Part shown: one piece after another, positions 59,385 through 64,000 of the stretch
Position numbering within the stretch: the stretch's first letter is position 1
Layout of the letters: every line of letters starts with the position of its first letter
Assembly: GCF_009914755.1 (NCBI RefSeq)
Contig: NC_060929.1
Reading direction: 5' to 3' (one strand)
Length of the DNA stretch: 64,000 bases
DNA from: the human T2T-CHM13v2.0 reference genome, Homo sapiens
Notes under the pieces: generated by a model
Databases searched by the model: none
The model's input: only the letters and a program-made list of their open reading frames with translations
Told to the model about the DNA's origin: nothing
Made by a program: the position numbers and the translations under genes

Positions 59385-60233
59385 TGCTATGAAAAAGCCA
59401 AACTCTGCAAAATATTCGAAGAGATTTATGTTGAGCCAAATGTGAGGACTATGACCCATAACACAGCCCCAGGCGGTCCTGAGAACACGTGCCCAAGGTG
59501 GTTGGGTTATGGCTTGGTTTTACACATTTTAGGGAGACATGAGACATTAATACATGTAAGATGTGCAATTGGTTTGATCTGGAAAGGCAGGACAACTCAA
59601 AGCAGGTAAAGGTGGATTCAAAGATATTCTGATTGGCAGTTGGTTAAAAGAGTTAAGTTATTATCTAAAGATCTGGAGTCAATAGAGTGTCTCGGTTTAG
59701 ATAAGGGATTGTGAAGACCAAAGTTCTTACAATGTAGATGAAGTCTCATAGGTGGTCATCTTTAGAGGCAATAGATGGCAAATGTTTTCTATGCAGACCT
59801 TCAAAAGGTGCTGGACTCTCAGCTAATCTCTTCAGGATCAAAAAAGACCTGGAAAGGGAAGAAGATTCTCTACAGAATGTAAATTTACTCCATAAGAGAT
59901 AGCCTTGTCAAAGAGATATATTTTGGTGTAAAATACTTTTCTTTCTTTCAGGACCTGCTATTTGTCATGTGATACTATACTAGAGTCAGGTTAGAATTTG
60001 GTATCTTATTGCCACAAAGGGTCTGTTTGGTCAGTCTTAAGATCTCTGTTTTAATGTTAATACTGGTCAGTTGTCCCTGAATTACCAACGGAGAAGCATA
60101 TAATGAGGCAAGTTTGATGCCCCCTTCCCATCATGGCCTGAACCAGTGTTTCAGGGTTTTTTGGAATCCCCTTGGTCAAGAGGGGGGGTCCATTCAGTTC
60201 TTTGGGGGGCTTAGAATTTTATTTTTGGTTTGC
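59385..60233 (-). mobile_element. ERV1 solo LTR, MER4-family
   Basis: AAGAGATTTATGTTGAGCCAAATGTGAG...GGTCCTGAGAACACGTGCCCAAGGTGG and terminus GGGGGCTTAGAATTTTATTTTTGGTTTGCA. Confidence 0.8.
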
Positions 60234-60714
60234 AGGTGCTTTACAGTGTTTGCCCCATAGAGGCAGAGTTCTAGAATTTCCTACTTTAGTAACATTTAGT
60301 AAACATTGTGTGTCCACATGGCCACCATTGATGTAGCTTCGATGGCTTACTACTAAGTTCCTGCAAATGTATCTCTCAATATATTCCTTAGAGAGCAAGC
60401 ACAGATAAGAAGGAAAGTGAAGATGGGTAAAAACTAACTTTTTGATGCAAGCATCCCTGGCACCCTTCAGTATCAACGTAAGTACTTTTTAATCAATTGT
60501 ATTTTGCCAGAGGATGGGCCTCTGTTAGGAGCAGTAATTGCTGCACTTCACTTCTTGCCGTGACTTCAGGGAAAGGTTGACCCCAGGCACTGACCTGAGT
60601 TTACTTGGCAAGAGATCCCTGAGGGCTTTCATCTAGTACAATTTTTGAAATCAGCTTTTATATTTTGTTGACTTTCTGAAATTCTCCAAAGCAAAATAAA
60701 TCTCTCTGTAGAGG

Positions 60715-61250
60715 TGTTATAGGAAAAGGGTCCTGATCCAGACCCCAAGAGAGGGTTCTTGGATCTCATGCAAGAAAGAACTCAGGGCAAGTCCATAGGC
60801 TAAAGTGAAAGCAAGTTTATTAAGAAAGTAGAGAGACAAAAGAATGGCTACTCCATAGACGGAGCAGCCCTGAGGACTGCTGGTTTTTATGGTTATTTCT
60901 TGATCATATGCTTAACAAGGGGTGGATTATTCATGCCTCCCCTTTTTAGACCACATAGGCTAACTTCCTGATGTTGCCATGGCATTTGTAAACTATCATA
61001 GTTTGGTGGGAGTGTAGCAGTGATGCCAACCAGAGGTCACTTTCCTTGCCATCTTGGTTTTGGTGGGTTTTGGCTGGCTTCTTTACTGCAACCTGTTTTA
61101 TTAGCAAGGGCTTTGTGACCTCTATCTTGTGCTGACCTCCCATCTCATCCTGTGACTTAGAATGCCTTACCCATCTGGGAACAGGTCTCAGCCTTATTTT
61201 ATCCAGCCCCTATTCAGAATGAAGTTGCTCTGGTTTAAATGCCTCAGACA
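60715..61250 (-). mobile_element. ERV1 solo LTR, MER41A-like
   Basis: Minus strand starts TGTCTGAGGCATTTAAACCAGAGCAACT and ends GGATCAGGACCCTTTTCCTATAACA; possible TSD GAGG/GAGT. Confidence 0.82.
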
Positions 61251-62159
61251 GAGTCATGACAGCCTTATGTATTTCTCTGGCCAGTGGTTCCAGGATGGGG
61301 TAAGGTATGCCGCAAGCTTGGCAGATCTTTGGAAAACTTGTTCAAATGAGCTGTTGGTATAGAGAGTGTTGTGGCAGTCACAAAACACTGTCTTCATCTT
61401 ATGAAGTCATATTCAAAAAATTAAAGTTTATTTTCCCAAACAAGGTAATGTTTCCATTTAACTATACCAATCGACTTCTGTATTAGGTAGGAACCGTTGT
61501 TTGCAAATATTAGAGACTAGACAGATGTGTGTTAAGAAAAAGTAGAGATAAATGTATCAGCTTGCCAGGTTTCTCACAGAATCCAAGGACCAACATCCAG
61601 TTTCTCAGGAAACACGAGAGGCAAGGTCTGGGCTTGACTCCATCTCCTCTTTTTGCTCCCCAGTTCACGCAGCGGAGCAAACCCAGGTCTTTGTGGTACA
61701 CACCAAGCCCTTGTGCTCCACCCTCGGACTTGTGTGCCATTCCACAGGCCCCTCTTCCTTCAGAGCAGCATTCCCCAACCCCTTTTCCAGGACAGCCTGG
61801 CTTCCCACCCACTGTCTATCAATCAATCACCTCACTTTTCCTTTCATTGCACTTAAACCAGTGGGAAACTGATGAGTTTACTTGTTATCTATCCCCCATA
61901 CTTGAATGTAAGCTTCATGAGAAGCTTATTCATGTCTCTCTTGCCATCATCTAGAGAGACAAATGCTTCCCACATGGTAGGGTCTGAATAAATATTGACT
62001 GAATTAATATATAAATACAGGTTCAGCTGTGAGGGACCCAACAATCAACTTTCCTCTCAGGTAGAAATCCCCTATGATTAGGGGTAGCCGGGCAGGTACA
62101 GGAGACTATTATGAGTGAGGAGATACTCCCCAAAATGTCCACTACGACTTGGCTAGGTA

Positions 62160-62778
62160 GGACAGACAAGAATTTCCTTCCCTACCCATCAGTGAATGTT
62201 TGATAATTTGAGTTTATAAAATAAACTGGCAATAGACCAGTTAACAGGAAAGAAGGTATACATATTTATTAACACATGTATGGACATGGGAGTTAGTTAT
62301 ACACGAAGAGTGAGACTCAGAAGAGGGGCTAAGATGACTGAAGTTTTTATATTATCCTGGGGGGACAGGAAGAATATGGACTTTGAACATGTTGGGGGGG
62401 TGGTTATAGGAGGGAGAGAGGAGGAAAGGCCTGGGAGTGAAGGGGTCCTGTTAGGCAGATGAAACCTCTCAGGTAGCAGCTCTCAGAAGGAACAGACAGG
62501 AGCTTGTGGTAAACGCTTCTCTGTCAGAACCTTATATTGTCAGACTTCAGCCTCCTTTTCCTGTGAGTTAATCTTTCCTAGATCCAGATAAGAGGTCCTC
62601 AGAGAAAGTCTGTTTGCATCTGTTGTTTACTTCATTTTACTAATGTGGATTTCCTCTCCAGATGCAAATCTCCCGAACAAAAGGGCAGCTTTTCAAGGCT
62701 AGTTTTGTGATCTGCAGCCCCTCAGAACAGGCATCTCAAAATATGCCAAAGGAGTTGAGATATTCTGGTTTCTTTCAG
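62160..62778 (-). mobile_element. ERV1 solo LTR (MER31/MER34-group, subfamily uncertain)
   Basis: Minus start TGAAAGAAACCAGAATA...TTTGGCATATTTTGAGATG; AATAAAT near the other end. Confidence 0.55.
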
Positions 62779-63030
62779 CTAGGTTAGCCAACTTCTAGTA
62801 TTTTCCCAACTAAACAAGGAGTTACGTATTACACAGTGGCCTTGCCTTTGAGCTGCTTAATCCTAATCCCTTCACCAATCCAGTGATTTCACCAGCTCAA
62901 AGAGCTAATTGTGGCATTCACAGAGGATCCTGGTATGAGTCCCAATTGTGTCAACTAAATGCTCTAGTTTCCTATTTACTCCAGCATACGTGAAAGGAAT
63001 TGCAAATTATAAGCTTGGGATTCATATTTA

Positions 63031-63687
63031 TAATTGACCTTCATTATTCACAAATTCCATACTTGTGAATTTGCCTGTTTCTAAACTTTATTTGTAACCC
63101 AGAATCCACATTCACTGTGTTTACACATTTATTTATGGACATGTGTAGAGCAGTAAGAAATTGGAGTCATCCAACATACACACTCCCAGCTGAGGTGGAA
63201 CCAGGTGATGTTCTGCCACTTTGTTTCAGCTCTTCTTGTAAACAAGCATCTTTCTTCATGGTCTATTGATTGCCACATTTTTTGCACTTTTGTCCTTTGA
63301 TTTTGCTGTTTAAAATGGCCCCCAACTATAGTCCTGAAGTGCTGTCTAGTGTTTTTAAGCACAAGAAGGCTGACATGTGCCTTATAGAGAAAAATATGTG
63401 TTAGATAAGCTTCATCAAACATGAGGTACAGTCCTGTTGGCTATGAGATCAATATTAATAAATCAATACTATTTATTAAATAAGGTATCTTTAAACAGAA
63501 ACACACATAAAACAAAGTTATGTATTGATCAGTTGACAAAAATGTCATGACCAGAGGCTCACAGAAACCTAAGCCTATGTTTCCCCTAGGAGCAGTGGCT
63601 CAAAGGAAAAAGGACTTAGTACCCGTGATTCCAGCATTCGAAGTGCCTTGATAAAACATAACTGTTGTGATTAATGAGAATTGATCG
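63031..63687. mobile_element. MER82-like TcMar-Tigger DNA transposon
   Basis: TTGACCTTCATTATTCACAAATTCC...CCCAGCTGAGGTGGAACCAGG as recalled for MER82. Confidence 0.7.
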
Positions 63688-64000
63688 GACGTGTTAATCC
63701 AGTGAAATTTAGTTCAAGGGATTTTCATACCTGTTTTTATTTGCTACATCATGTAGATCTCAGTTGAAGCATATCTTTTTCTCAAAACAAGCCATTCAGA
63801 ACACAAATCTTTTATTTTTTTTAATATGCATCCTTTCAGAGAATCATTCTGTTTTTCTTTACCACTTGTCTACATTGATCCCAGGCCACTGGTGTCAGGT
63901 TTGTGAGAATTGTATAAATATATCCATAAATATCGGGAGTGCAAGCACTGTTCTACCGTTGACTGGAGAAACAGAGATTGTATTTCTTTAGTTCACTGTT

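Noticed and set aside
59022-59609. 195-aa ORF
   Set aside because: Non-ATG start, runs into a MER4 LTR, and has no recognisable protein features.
60930-60950. MER41 as an interferon-gamma/STAT1 enhancer
   Set aside because: This copy reads GGGGAGG-CATGAATAATCC and lacks the tandem GAS segment recalled for MER41B; it is MER41A-like.

Overview
This is human (primate) genomic DNA with no recognisable host exons. The main feature is a full-length 9,180-bp HERV-K(HML-2) type 1 provirus on the minus strand (6701-15880). It has two 968-bp LTR5_Hs-type LTRs that differ at only 2 positions by my manual comparison, a 5-bp TSD (GCAGT), a tRNA-Lys PBS, open gag (666 aa), pro and pol frames, the type 1 pol-env fusion, a single nonsense codon in env and an intact spliced np9. 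From memory, the Gag sequence, length and env stop match HERV-K10/K107 (ERVK-10, 5q33.3, antisense in an SGCD intron); this is not verified by a search. The provirus sits inside an AluS, which itself landed on the end of a Tigger4a, next to a truncated L1PA. The remaining ~55 kb is AT-rich intron-like DNA with ordinary repeats (L1, Alu, MIR, L2, MaLR/ERV1/ERVL solo LTRs, MER DNA transposons, microsatellites). The most novel candidates are (1) a strong-context CUG in the 5' LTR R region, in frame with gag and adding 89 aa with a signal-peptide-like start and an N-glycosylation sequon (glyco-Gag-like), and (2) a 3' LTR-Alu-L1 chimeric mini-gene with an ATG, a 161-aa ORF and poly(A) signals. Both are inferences needing experimental tests. 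Locus-specific lesions include PTAP to PMAP, an RT R72-equivalent changed to His, dUTPase motif changes and loss of the OCT4 motif in both LTRs. Repeat subfamily calls are from pattern recognition only.
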